64,000 bases of DNA from Dehalococcoidia bacterium (GTDB lineage: Bacteria > Chloroflexota > Dehalococcoidia > Lucifugimonadales > UBA3495). A program made the position numbers and the translations under genes. Location: contig DUCU01000085.1 of the NCBI GenBank assembly GCA_012959605.1, positions 20,177-84,176 of the forward strand. Reading direction: 5' to 3'. This document shows, in pieces, positions 55,220 through 64,000 of this stretch. The notes below the pieces were generated by a model. It saw only the letters and a list, made by a program, of their open reading frames with translations, was not told the origin of the DNA and made no database searches. The first letter of the stretch is position 1. Each line of letters starts with the position of its first letter.

Positions 55220-56530
55220 CTAGTCGTCGGTTCGTTGGGAACGAAAACGGAGTGTGCTGCCAGCTATTATCAGACTCACAGAGGTGAAACTGATGATAAA
55301 TAACGCCACTTTAAGGCTGTCGAACCCCTCCTGAAGGAACCCGGTGAACAGCGGCCCCAATGATGTTCCCACCGACGTACTCATCATGGTGAAGGAAAAG
55401 GCCACGGCCAGTTCTCTGGGCCGGATTCCGGGTAGGTGAAACGGCACCGTAACCAGGATTGGGAAGAAGGCCCAGGCCACGCCGTTGAGGAAAGACACCA
55501 CAAACAGAAACGGTAGCGACGCCGTTATTATCATCCCAATGTTGGTGACAATCATCAGAATTCCTAAAACCTGAAGGAAGTTCCCCTCTCGCCCGGTGGT
55601 GGATGCGGCCCAGGCAATCGCCAGACCGCCAATCCCGCCTACTATTACCCCCAGCGCCAGAATGCCGCCGGAAATCTGAAGAGAAATGTCGTATTCCTCT
55701 AGCATCAACGTGGGGTAGAACGCCAAGAACGCGCCAAACGCCGCCGTTGCCCCGGCAAATCCCATTCCGCCGATCCAGAGGTCACGGTGGCCCAGTGCGC
55801 CTTTGATAACGGCCCATCCCTGGGGGGCAACCACTCCCTGGTCTGCTTCGTTGGTCCGGGTCTTACCCAGGATCAGCCACAGAATGGTTATCCCGGCGAA
55901 ATAGAACCCAAATATTTGCAGCGTGGTTCGCCAGTCGCCGCCGACCATGCTGAGTATCACCGGCGCCAACACTAGCCCACCGCCAACCACTAAGCCAAAA
56001 AACACGTTGGACAGCCCGTTCACAAAGATCACTTCCTTGGGTGGGAACCATTGCCGTGTCAACAATGCGCGGGCCGGTTGTTGGGCGATATTGGCGACGC
56101 CAAAAAGCAGCCTCCCGATCAACAAAACGAAAAACACCGGGGCCCAGGCCTGTAGGAACAAACAAAATGTCGCCAGCGTAATCGTGGCGGCAGTTAAGAG
56201 TTTGGGAGATAGCCGAGAAGTTGCCCAGCTGAGAGGTATGGCGAGGGCAATGTTTCCCCAGTGGGAGGCTGAGCCCAGCAGACCTTGCTGGCTCGGCGAG
56301 AGGCTAAGCTCGGCGCTGATGGCAGGCAACAAGATACCCAGCGTGTTCAATACCATGAATGACGAAACGCTGGAGAACAGCCATATACTGATGACTGTCC
56401 ACCGGTACCGGCTATAGGTGATCGGAGACTGGGGTGTCAAAGCAGTTTGTGAGTTCTCCGATAGGTGATTTTCTATGGAAAGCCGTGATTCCAGACTCCA
56501 TTGGGCTTCAGTACGTTGACGGCATGGCAT
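55220..56530 (-). CDS. MFS transporter
   Basis: 436-aa hydrophobic ORF with about 12 helices. The true start may be downstream of the annotated one. Confidence 0.75.
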   Translation of the reverse strand: MPCRQRTEAQWSLESRLSIENHLSENSQTALTPQSPITYSRYRWTVISIWLFSSVSSFMVLNTLGILLPAISAELSLSPSQQGLLGSASHWGNIALAIPLSWATSRLSPKLLTAATITLATFCLFLQAWAPVFFVLLIGRLLFGVANIAQQPARALLTRQWFPPKEVIFVNGLSNVFFGLVVGGGLVLAPVILSMVGGDWRTTLQIFGFYFAGITILWLILGKTRTNEADQGVVAPQGWAVIKGALGHRDLWIGGMGFAGATAAFGAFLAFYPTLMLEEYDISLQISGGILALGVIVGGIGGLAIAWAASTTGREGNFLQVLGILMIVTNIGMIITASLPFLFVVSFLNGVAWAFFPILVTVPFHLPGIRPRELAVAFSFTMMSTSVGTSLGPLFTGFLQEGFDSLKVALFIISFTSVSLIIAGSTLRFRSQRTDD

Positions 56531-56607
56531 ATCATAGACCCTTAGGCAGCCCAGAAGCCAAGCAATTGGAATGGTAATAATCCATTAGATATTGGGGAGG
56601 ACAGCAG

Positions 56608-57606
56608 ATGGAGCGCGTTGGAGTGGGTTTCTCCGGGGGAATGTCACCCCAGGACATAGTGGAATGCGTGAAAGTGGCTGAGGAACTTGGCTATGAATCT
56701 GCATGGGTTGCTGAAGGACACGGCGGCGACCAATTCTCCGTTCTTACAGCCTGTGCGTTGGCTACGGAAAAAATCAAACTTGGCACCAGCATCACCAGCG
56801 TCTTCGTTCGTACCGCTCCCACGATTGCCATGGCTGCCGCTTCAGTCGACTATTTCTCCAACGGTCGGTTCATCCTTGGCATGGGCACCAGCCACAAAGT
56901 GCAGGTTGAACCTGAACATGGCCTGGAATTCACAAAACCGGTGCAGCGGCTGCGCGAATGTGTGGACATTGTGCGGGGCATCTTGAAGGACTCGGATGTG
57001 AACTACCACGGCGAGATTTATGACATTGACCGCTTTGATCTGTGGTTTGAACCCCTCCGTAAAGAGATACCGATCTACGTGGCGGCCGTCTTCCCTAAGA
57101 TGCTGGAAATCTGCGGCGAGATCAGCCAGGGAGCCATCCTCACCTGGTGCACCTTGGACCACGCGGAATCGGCGGCCTGGCACGTGGGCATCGGCGCCCG
57201 TAACGCCGGTCGTGCTCCTGGTGAGGTTGAAGTAGCGAGTCTCTTGCCTTGTGCTGTCTCCGATAACCGGGAGGCGGCCAGAGACCTGATGCGCCAGCCA
57301 ATTGCGTCCTACGCGGGTCGTTTCCCCCGCTACCGCAAACTCATGGTGGACGCCGGGTTCCCGGACGAGATCGAGAAAGTACGGGTGGCCTGGCAGGCCG
57401 GAAACATCCAGGAGTCTCTAAACCTGGTACCCGGAGCGCTGATAGACAAGATTGGGCTGGTTGGCACTGCCGACGAGGTCCAAGAAAAGCTGGCCGATTA
57501 TCGCAAAGCTGGCATCACCCTGCCCATAGTGTCGCCCCGGTTCATCGGCGACGGCGCAAAAGAGCAGGCACTGGAAATAATCCGCGCCTGCGCCCCCGCC
57601 CAATAG
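56608..57606 (+). CDS. LLM-class (luciferase-like) F420/flavin-dependent oxidoreductase
   Basis: 332-aa ORF with AEELGYESAWVAEGHGGD and SNGRFILGMGTSH. A GGGGAGG RBS is present. Confidence 0.8.
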   Translation: MERVGVGFSGGMSPQDIVECVKVAEELGYESAWVAEGHGGDQFSVLTACALATEKIKLGTSITSVFVRTAPTIAMAAASVDYFSNGRFILGMGTSHKVQVEPEHGLEFTKPVQRLRECVDIVRGILKDSDVNYHGEIYDIDRFDLWFEPLRKEIPIYVAAVFPKMLEICGEISQGAILTWCTLDHAESAAWHVGIGARNAGRAPGEVEVASLLPCAVSDNREAARDLMRQPIASYAGRFPRYRKLMVDAGFPDEIEKVRVAWQAGNIQESLNLVPGALIDKIGLVGTADEVQEKLADYRKAGITLPIVSPRFIGDGAKEQALEIIRACAPAQ

Positions 57607-57610
57607 CACC

Positions 57611-58780
57611 ATGGACTTCGATTTCACTCCCGAACAATCCCAATTCAAAGACGAACTCCGCGAGTTCCTAAGGGCAGAAGTACCCTTGGAAAAGCAGGAG
57701 GTCTTTGGCCAATGGTCTGAGGAACAGTACCAGTTTGGCCGGGAGATCAACCGCCAATTGGCCGCGCGTAACTGGCTGGCCATTGGACTGCCAGAAAAAT
57801 ACGGCGGCGGTGGCAAAGGGGCAATCGAGCGAGGAATCTTAGCAGAGGAACTGGGCTACGGACGAGTTCCCAAGGCGGGGTTCATTGGGCTTGGGATAGT
57901 AGCTCCGGCCATCATGGCCTTTGGCACCAAAGATCAGAAAGACCTCTACCTGAGCCCTATAGCCAAAGGCGAAGTGGAATACTGCCAGGGGTTTAGCGAA
58001 CCCAATGTGGGGTCTGACCTGGCTTCCCTAGAGCTTAGGGCAGAGCGTGACGGCGATGGCTATGTGCTGAACGGTGCCAAGATGTTCACCAGTTACGCCT
58101 TTCAGGCTGATTACATCTACCTGCTGGCCCGCACTGACCCACAAGCCGAGAAACACCGTGGTATCAGCCTGTTCATCGTAGATATGAAAACCTCCGGAAT
58201 CAGTCTGCAGCCGCTGCCCTATATCAACGGAGAGATGGCAGCCCAGGTCGATTTCGACAATGTCTGTTTGCCGTGGTCTAGTCTCATCGGAGAAGAAAAT
58301 AGGGGCTGGTACCAAGCCATGACCACGCTGGACTATGAAAGGTCCGGGTTGGGACGGTACGGTTCAGTGCGCCGCGTTTTTGATGACATTACCGACTTCT
58401 GTAACGACTCCGCGCCCGATGGCGGGCAACCTTTGGCAGAACATCCTTTGGTGCGCCACCAACTGGCCGACCGCCGGTTGGGTATGGAGACCTGGAAGCT
58501 GCTCTGCTGGCGTGTGGCCTGGTTGCAGAGTACCGGGTCGACGCCAAATGCCGAAGCATCGATAGCTTTTCTGTACGGCACTGATGAACGACTCCGTTTT
58601 GCCGAGATGGCTATGGAGGTGCTCGGCCCCTACGCTACCCTTCGGAACGGTTCAGGCCAGGCCCCGCTGCTGGGTAACATTGAAGGAATCCACCGCGAAG
58701 CTATGCACCTGCACGGAGCAGGGACAACTGAGATTCACCGAAATATCATCGCCCAGCGCGGCCTTGGTATGCCACGCTAA
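57611..58780 (+). CDS. acyl-CoA dehydrogenase family protein
   Basis: 389-aa ORF. MDFDFTPEQSQFKDELREFL is a typical ACAD N-terminus, followed by CQGFSEPNVGSD and C-terminal GAGTTEIHRNIIAQRGLG. Confidence 0.85.
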   Translation: MDFDFTPEQSQFKDELREFLRAEVPLEKQEVFGQWSEEQYQFGREINRQLAARNWLAIGLPEKYGGGGKGAIERGILAEELGYGRVPKAGFIGLGIVAPAIMAFGTKDQKDLYLSPIAKGEVEYCQGFSEPNVGSDLASLELRAERDGDGYVLNGAKMFTSYAFQADYIYLLARTDPQAEKHRGISLFIVDMKTSGISLQPLPYINGEMAAQVDFDNVCLPWSSLIGEENRGWYQAMTTLDYERSGLGRYGSVRRVFDDITDFCNDSAPDGGQPLAEHPLVRHQLADRRLGMETWKLLCWRVAWLQSTGSTPNAEASIAFLYGTDERLRFAEMAMEVLGPYATLRNGSGQAPLLGNIEGIHREAMHLHGAGTTEIHRNIIAQRGLGMPR

Positions 58781-58790
58781 TAAACTTGAT

Positions 58791-59879
58791 ATGAACTTTA
58801 GCCTGACATCAGAACAACAATTACTGCGCAATACTGCTCGAGAGTTCTTGGCTATTGAATGCCCTACATCGGTAGTGAGAGAAGCCGAGGAATCCGGGGT
58901 CGGCCATGCTCCAGACCTGTGGCGAAAGATGGCCGACCTAGGCTGGATGGGTATATGTCTGCCAAAAAAATACGGAGGCGAAGAATCCTTACTCACTGAC
59001 CAAACGGTGCTATTTGAGGAGGTTGGCCGGGCGTTGGTTCCAGGCCCGTTACTCTCTTCTTCAGTATTGGCGGCCCAGATCGTGCTGCATGGCGGGACCG
59101 ACCAACAAAAAGAAACCCTACTTCCCGGTATGATCAGGGGCGAGATCATTCTGACGTTGGCCCGCGGGGAACGGTTGGAAACTTCATCCCAAAGCGGCAA
59201 CTTAGTCCTCAGCGGCGACAGTTCGTTTGTCCGTTACGCAGGGTCGGCCAACCAGATCATCTGCGCCACCCGACCTGCAATAGGAGCCTGGCCCGATACG
59301 ACCCTGGTTCTGGTCGACGGCCAGGCGGACGGCGTGATCAAGACCGCCATGGAATCTATCGCCAACTACCCCCAGTTCCTGGTCGAGTTTGACGACGTGT
59401 CACTACCCGATGATGCAGTGCTGGGTGAGATTGCGGAAGGCCGCGTGGCCTTGGAACTGGCGACTCAGCGGGCGACGGTAATCCAGTGTGCTGAGACCCT
59501 GGGTCGGGCTGAGAAAGTGTTGGATATGGTGGTGGAGTACGCTGGCATGCGGCAGCAATTTGGCCAGCCAATCGGTACATTCCAGGCCGTTCAACACCGG
59601 TGTGCCAACCTGAAAGTTGCGGTGGACAGCGGACGGCTGCTGACCTACCAAGCAGCCTGGCGACTGGATCAAAACCTGCGTGCCAGTGATGAGATAGCCA
59701 TGGCGAAAGCACAGTCCGGTACACTGAGTCGGCTGGCCACTGAAACCGGACATTCCATCTTTGCCGGAATCTCTTTCACCGTGGAACACGATATGCATCT
59801 GTACTCCGACAGGGCCAAAATCGCCGAGGCCAACCTGGGTGATACGGAGTACCACCTGGACCAAATGATTGTTGATTAA
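58791..59879 (+). CDS. acyl-CoA dehydrogenase family protein (shorter, diverged partner)
   Basis: The start is placed at ATG 58791 (MNFSLTSEQQLLRNTAREFL); the upstream part of the 431-aa ORF overlaps the previous gene. It has an ACAD-like middle and C-terminal domains, but the C-terminal ..LGDTEYHLDQMIV deviates from the usual GGTxEIxRN motif. Confidence 0.75.
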   Translation: MNFSLTSEQQLLRNTAREFLAIECPTSVVREAEESGVGHAPDLWRKMADLGWMGICLPKKYGGEESLLTDQTVLFEEVGRALVPGPLLSSSVLAAQIVLHGGTDQQKETLLPGMIRGEIILTLARGERLETSSQSGNLVLSGDSSFVRYAGSANQIICATRPAIGAWPDTTLVLVDGQADGVIKTAMESIANYPQFLVEFDDVSLPDDAVLGEIAEGRVALELATQRATVIQCAETLGRAEKVLDMVVEYAGMRQQFGQPIGTFQAVQHRCANLKVAVDSGRLLTYQAAWRLDQNLRASDEIAMAKAQSGTLSRLATETGHSIFAGISFTVEHDMHLYSDRAKIAEANLGDTEYHLDQMIVD

Positions 59880-59940
59880 CCGGCCTGCTGGGCCGGGGGA
59901 AACATAGCTGGATTCTCTGTAACTAAAGAGGGGTGCCAAC

Positions 59941-60666
59941 ATGCCCGACGCCAATCCAATCTCTAGCGAAACACTAGAGATCCTAAAAACTATCCCAACC
60001 CAAACCCTGATCGACGGCCTCTGGGTTATGGGCTGGCCCATGAGTTTCATTCACGGCGCCAAACCGCTCCAACCGGGGCAGCACATGGCTGGTCGCGCCG
60101 TTACCCTACGGTTCGTTCCCCACCGGCCTGACCTGGTCGCGGACAAGCCCAAGGGCGCTGATTCTGCCGAGTACGTGGCCATTGAACTGGTCGGCCCGGA
60201 AGAAATCTTAGTCATTGATGCCATGGGCTGGGAATATAGTTCCATTGGTGGCGACATCAAATTCCTACGCATGATGCAATTAAAGGCTGGCGGCCTGGTC
60301 ACAGACGGCGCAGCTAGGGACAGCAACACCCTCAAGAGTTACGGGTTCCCGGTTTACGCGGCCAATACCACCGCAAAGCAGGGTCCGGCGGAGTTTTGGC
60401 CTTGGCAGGTGAATGACGCCATTCAGTGCGGTGGTGTCCTGGTGCGGCCCGGAGACGTTGTGGTCGGTGACGACGACGGCGTGGTAGTGGTGGCGGCTTC
60501 AGCGGTGGACGAGGTGATCCGTATCGCCCACGAACGAGAGGAAGTTGAAGAGGTAATCAAAGCCCAACTTGGGATTGAGCAATGTTCACCCGGCAAATAC
60601 TACCCGTTCAACGATGCCACCTGGAAATTATTTGAGGAGAAAACCGGCAAGAAGCGCACCGGCTAG
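59941..60666 (+). CDS. RraA-family protein (HMG/CHA aldolase / oxaloacetate decarboxylase-like)
   Basis: 241-aa ORF. GGDIKFLRMMQLKAGGLVTDGAARD and GFPVYAANTTAKQGP match the RraA/demethylmenaquinone-methyltransferase-like fold family. Confidence 0.7.
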   Translation: MPDANPISSETLEILKTIPTQTLIDGLWVMGWPMSFIHGAKPLQPGQHMAGRAVTLRFVPHRPDLVADKPKGADSAEYVAIELVGPEEILVIDAMGWEYSSIGGDIKFLRMMQLKAGGLVTDGAARDSNTLKSYGFPVYAANTTAKQGPAEFWPWQVNDAIQCGGVLVRPGDVVVGDDDGVVVVAASAVDEVIRIAHEREEVEEVIKAQLGIEQCSPGKYYPFNDATWKLFEEKTGKKRTG

Positions 60667-60773
60667 TTCTCAAATAAGGCGAGCCCTTGAATCCGAGGCG
60701 TGATTCATTAACGTAATTTACGTATAGTGGATAGTGGCGAACCGCCGCCTCTGGACTGGGGGTCTGAATAACA

Positions 60774-62063
60774 ATGAATGGATTGAACACGGGCAAAACT
60801 GGCACGGGCAAAACTGGAATGATGTCTCGAAATAACAAACTAAAACGCTGGTTGATCCCTGCGGCGCTCGCACTGATGCTATTTGTCATCGCGGCGTGCA
60901 CCAGCGAGTCCGCGCCCGCGACCGAAAGCAGCGAAACGTCTAGCCCAATCGCAGAGATAACCCAGGTTGACGAGCCGGATGCTGACGAATCGGATGTTGA
61001 CGTACTAGATATTGCCATGAACCTGGTTGCAGCCCAAGAATCGGTCATGATCCAGATCTACCAGAAGGCCGTGCCTTCGGTGGTCAATATCCAGGTTATC
61101 CAGGGCTCGGGCGGCAACGATGGTACCGGAGCATTCCCCAACGTGCCCGGTGTTCCGGAAGACTTCTTGGAGCGCGGCGAAGGCTCTGGCTTTGTGTGGG
61201 ACGACAAAGGACGAATCGTTACCAACCAACACGTTATTGACGGTGCAGAAATCGTAACTGTAATCTTTTCCGACCGCACCCAAGTGTTGGCCAAAGTGTT
61301 GGGCGGGGACACCGATTCAGACCTTGCTGTACTGGAACTGCTGGAACCCATCGATGGATTGAATCCAATCGACCTTGGCGATAGCAGTGAAGTGCTTGTA
61401 GGCCAGCTGGCAATCGCAATTGGTGCGCCCTTCGGACAGGAATTCACCATGACGAGCGGCATCGTCAGCGCCGTGGGTCGGACCATCCGCAGCGGCTTCA
61501 GCCAGTTCACGGTTCCCGAGGTTATTCAGACCGACGCCCCAATCAACCCCGGCAACTCCGGTGGCCCGCTGCTGGACCGCCATGGCCGGGTGATGGGCAT
61601 CAATACCCAGATAATTAGCCGATCAGGTAGCAACGCCGGCGTTGGCCTGGCCGTTCCAATAAACATCGCCAAGATGGTGGTGCCTGCGTTGATTGAAGAC
61701 GGCAAGTACGAGTATTCCTGGCTGGGTATCTCCGGAGGGCCAGTGAGACCGGATGTGGTCCAGTTGATGGACTTGCCCGAAGGCATTGAAGGAGCCCTGG
61801 TTATCACTGTGAGAGAGGACGGCCCCGCAGCTGACGGTGGCCTGACTGGCAGCGACCGGATCGAAGTGGTCAACGGTATACAATACGCCCTGGGTGGCGA
61901 CACCATCACCGGCATCGATGGTTCCAAGGTAAGAGACATGACCGACCTCATCGTCTACCTGACCAACAACACCCGGCCCGGCGATGAGATCATGCTGGAA
62001 GTGATTCACCAGGACGGTACATCAGAGGATCTTCAGATAGTACTCGGCACCCGCCCCAGCTAA
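60774..62063 (+). CDS. HtrA/DegP-type S1C serine protease with PDZ domain, probable lipoprotein
   Basis: 429-aa ORF with lipobox LFVIAAC. The catalytic triad contexts are TNQHVI (His), DSDLAVLEL (Asp) and GNSGGPLLD (Ser), with a C-terminal PDZ-like region. The true start may be the ATGATG at about 60819. Confidence 0.85.
   Translation: MNGLNTGKTGTGKTGMMSRNNKLKRWLIPAALALMLFVIAACTSESAPATESSETSSPIAEITQVDEPDADESDVDVLDIAMNLVAAQESVMIQIYQKAVPSVVNIQVIQGSGGNDGTGAFPNVPGVPEDFLERGEGSGFVWDDKGRIVTNQHVIDGAEIVTVIFSDRTQVLAKVLGGDTDSDLAVLELLEPIDGLNPIDLGDSSEVLVGQLAIAIGAPFGQEFTMTSGIVSAVGRTIRSGFSQFTVPEVIQTDAPINPGNSGGPLLDRHGRVMGINTQIISRSGSNAGVGLAVPINIAKMVVPALIEDGKYEYSWLGISGGPVRPDVVQLMDLPEGIEGALVITVREDGPAADGGLTGSDRIEVVNGIQYALGGDTITGIDGSKVRDMTDLIVYLTNNTRPGDEIMLEVIHQDGTSEDLQIVLGTRPS
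60788..60817 (+). repeat. perfect tandem duplication, 2 x 15 nt
   Basis: CACGGGCAAAACTGG CACGGGCAAAACTGG, in frame in the longest htrA ORF (TGKTG twice) and upstream of the more plausible start. Confidence 0.8.
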
Positions 62064-62114
62064 TTCCCGGGGAGCTTTCATCGATTCTTCTGGCGACTAT
62101 TAATGGAGTGACCA

Positions 62115-62915
62115 TTGCGAACTGTTGCGGCAATCTTCACCTCACCAGTTAAATCTCTCGCCCTGCTACAGCCGGAATCCGTAACGGTTGGCCACTCCGG
62201 CATCGTGGAAGACCGACGCTTTCATCTAATCGACGCAGACGGTCGGTTGTTGACCCAACGACAGGTGGGGCGCCTGGCCTTGGTTCAAGCCGGTTTCTCC
62301 GCAGAGTCAGAAGAACTAACACTCGAGTTTCCGGGCGAGTCACGTTTGGTGGGCTCCACAGAACTGGGAAGTCCGGTCAGCACCGCTATCTGGGGGCGAG
62401 AGGTACCCGGGAAAGAAGTCACCGGCGACTGGAACGAAGCCCTTTCCGAGTTCTGCGGCTCGCCGGTGCGCCTGGTCAAGACTGACAACCCAGGCGATAG
62501 CTATGACGAATACCCGGTGTCGCTCCTTTCCCAGGCGTCCATCGACAAACTGGGCATTTTTCTGACTGAAAACGTGGCCGATGCGCTGGGTGAAGCGCCA
62601 AGGTTTGAAGGTCGGCGCTTCCGCCCCAACTTTTTGCTGGACGGCTGTTCCCCCCATGAAGAAGACTCTTGGCTGGGTGGAGTAGTGCAGATTGGCCCCG
62701 ACCTCCGCGTGAGATTGGTTGCTCCCGACCCCAGATGCGCCATCACCACCCTTGACCCCGACACCGGGGAGCGAGACTTCAACGTCCCCAAGTTGCTCCA
62801 AAGCTACCGCCCAAACACACGCGCCCCGTATTTTGGCGTCTACGGATCCGTTGAGTCTACCGGTATTGTCTCGGTGGGCGACGCTATTGAGTTGGTCCAG
62901 AAACCCGCAGCCTAA
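62115..62915 (+). CDS. MOSC domain-containing protein
   Basis: 266-aa ORF. The N-terminal beta-barrel region is IFTSPVKSLALLQPESV...GIVEDRRFHL, and RFRPNFLLDG and APDPRCAITTLDPDTGE are typical of MOSC proteins. Confidence 0.75.
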   Translation: MRTVAAIFTSPVKSLALLQPESVTVGHSGIVEDRRFHLIDADGRLLTQRQVGRLALVQAGFSAESEELTLEFPGESRLVGSTELGSPVSTAIWGREVPGKEVTGDWNEALSEFCGSPVRLVKTDNPGDSYDEYPVSLLSQASIDKLGIFLTENVADALGEAPRFEGRRFRPNFLLDGCSPHEEDSWLGGVVQIGPDLRVRLVAPDPRCAITTLDPDTGERDFNVPKLLQSYRPNTRAPYFGVYGSVESTGIVSVGDAIELVQKPAA

Positions 62916-62947
62916 CACCCGGTGGATACGCCCCGTCAGCTCTCTGA

Positions 62948-62976
62948 TTGACACCCATACTGGCCGTGTTTACACT
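62948..62976 (+). promoter_or_regulatory. possible sigma70-like promoter
   Basis: TTGACA (62948-62953), a 17-nt spacer, then TACACT (62971-62976), about 100 nt upstream of the aldolase gene. Confidence 0.4.
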
Positions 62977-63077
62977 CTCTTGGGCTTCAAATAGACAATG
63001 CCGCTAAACAGACGTCCTGCTTTGCCCGTAGGCCGGGCGATTGCTAGCAAGACTGAGTATCAAACACGGAGTAAATC

Positions 63078-63869
63078 ATGAAACAAAACCGGATTAAAAA
63101 AGTGATGCGCGAGGGCGGTTTGGCCCTGGTGAGCCACATAGGATTCGCCGACCCTGCAGTCGTTGAGATAATTGCCAAAGCCGGGTTCGACGGCGCGTTC
63201 ATTGATATGGAACACTCCATCTTTGACATGCAGACCGTGGGCGAGATGATTCGTGTCGCCGACCTGTGTGACATCACACCGGTGGTCCGCGTGCCCGACG
63301 ACAACCCCAAGACCATCCTGCGGCTATTGGACATGGGAGCCCAGGGAATCCAAATACCCCACATCGCCGGAGTTGAGGGAGCAAAGAGAGCTGTTGAGGC
63401 AGTCAGGTATCCCCCGCTGGGAGAACGCGGCGGGGCTGGCAGCACTCGGGCCGCCGGTTACGGATCCGTCCCGTGGTTGGAACACATGAAGACCTCCAAT
63501 GAAGAGATTCTTCTGATCGTCATGACCGAAGACGAACGTGGCCTGGACGAGATCGCCGAGATCGCTGCCGTACCGGGCGTCGACATCATCGCCCTTGGCC
63601 CCACCGATATCAGCACCGCCCTCGGGATGACCGACCCGGCCGATCCCAAACTCCGAGAGACGTTTGTAGAGCTTGCCGCCAAGGTCAATGCGGTTGGCAA
63701 CGCCAAGGTCTACATCCCGGTGAACCACGCTGCCTGTCGGTTCACGCCCCAAGACCTGATTAACATGGGAGTAAATTACTGCTCCGTGGCCCCGGCCCCA
63801 CCGACCATTGTGTTGAACGCCCTAAAAGCCACAGCGGCCAGCATCCGGGAGGAAGTAACCAAAGCGTAG
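63078..63869 (+). CDS. HpcH/HpaI family 2-keto-3-deoxy-acid aldolase
   Basis: 263-aa ORF with AKAGFDGAFIDMEHS, PVVRVPDDNPKTILRLLDMGAQGIQIPHI and YPPLGERG. Confidence 0.8.
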   Translation: MKQNRIKKVMREGGLALVSHIGFADPAVVEIIAKAGFDGAFIDMEHSIFDMQTVGEMIRVADLCDITPVVRVPDDNPKTILRLLDMGAQGIQIPHIAGVEGAKRAVEAVRYPPLGERGGAGSTRAAGYGSVPWLEHMKTSNEEILLIVMTEDERGLDEIAEIAAVPGVDIIALGPTDISTALGMTDPADPKLRETFVELAAKVNAVGNAKVYIPVNHAACRFTPQDLINMGVNYCSVAPAPPTIVLNALKATAASIREEVTKA

Positions 63870-64000
63870 CCATTCTGGCTGCCAACGCTGAAACCTTGCG
63901 AGTGAATCGGATTCCGATTAAACCGTTGGCGTATTCGGTGGTGGCTTTGAGCCCAAACCGGTATACTTTGGAACAACATCCGGTGGAAATATTCTTGCGT

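Noticed and set aside
58584-58790. 5' extension of the second acyl-CoA dehydrogenase ORF (431-aa version)
   Set aside because: The extension overlaps the 3' end of the preceding ACAD gene in another frame and is Cys/Trp/Arg-rich nonsense. The ACAD-like N-terminus MNFSLTSEQQLL starts at 58791.
59403-60050. 215-aa minus-strand ORF, and similarly 62340..62954(-) 204 aa, 58652..59200(-) 182 aa, 61058..61510(-) 150 aa
   Set aside because: All are antisense to genes with clear family motifs (ACAD, MOSC, HtrA). They are shadow ORFs.

Overview
Densely coding 64-kb bacterial chromosomal window with about 55 protein genes, 4 tRNAs and 1 riboswitch. There are no rRNA genes, CRISPR arrays or intact mobile elements. 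The content is almost entirely catabolic and strongly paralog-rich. It holds six family-III (CaiB/BaiF) CoA-transferase domains in five genes, three luciferase-like (LLM) oxidoreductases and four intact MFS transporters plus one frameshifted. It also holds five amidohydrolase-superfamily genes, two GMC oxidoreductases, two or three crotonases and an adjacent pair of acyl-CoA dehydrogenases. A thiolase-like/DUF35/MaoC-hotdog set and a Rieske ring-hydroxylating dioxygenase plus extradiol dioxygenase operon complete the picture. This repertoire resembles what has been described for marine SAR202-type Chloroflexota; that is an inference, as no phylogenetic marker is present. The most unusual locus is 13.4-18.3 kb. 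There a B12-binding/radical-SAM-like gene lacks the CxxxCxxC cluster motif and sits between two diverged ACMSD-type amidohydrolase paralogs and an SDR. The locus is embedded in intergenic DNA packed with short G/C-hairpin repeats and carries a 43-nt near-perfect palindrome in the divergent promoter. Other hand-found items are a cobalamin riboswitch with terminator upstream of bluB and a tyrosine-integrase remnant beside tRNA-Val(TAC) that borders a lower-GC block. Several gene relics are present: an AAA-ATPase, a D-aminoacylase N-terminus, a cupin and an MFS transporter. I also found a 53-aa SEC-C-motif ORF missing from the ORF track and a tRNA-Arg with anticodon GCG. Coordinates of hand-called RNA, repeat and regulatory features may be off by 1-2 nt. 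All homology statements come from motif recognition by eye, not from database searches.
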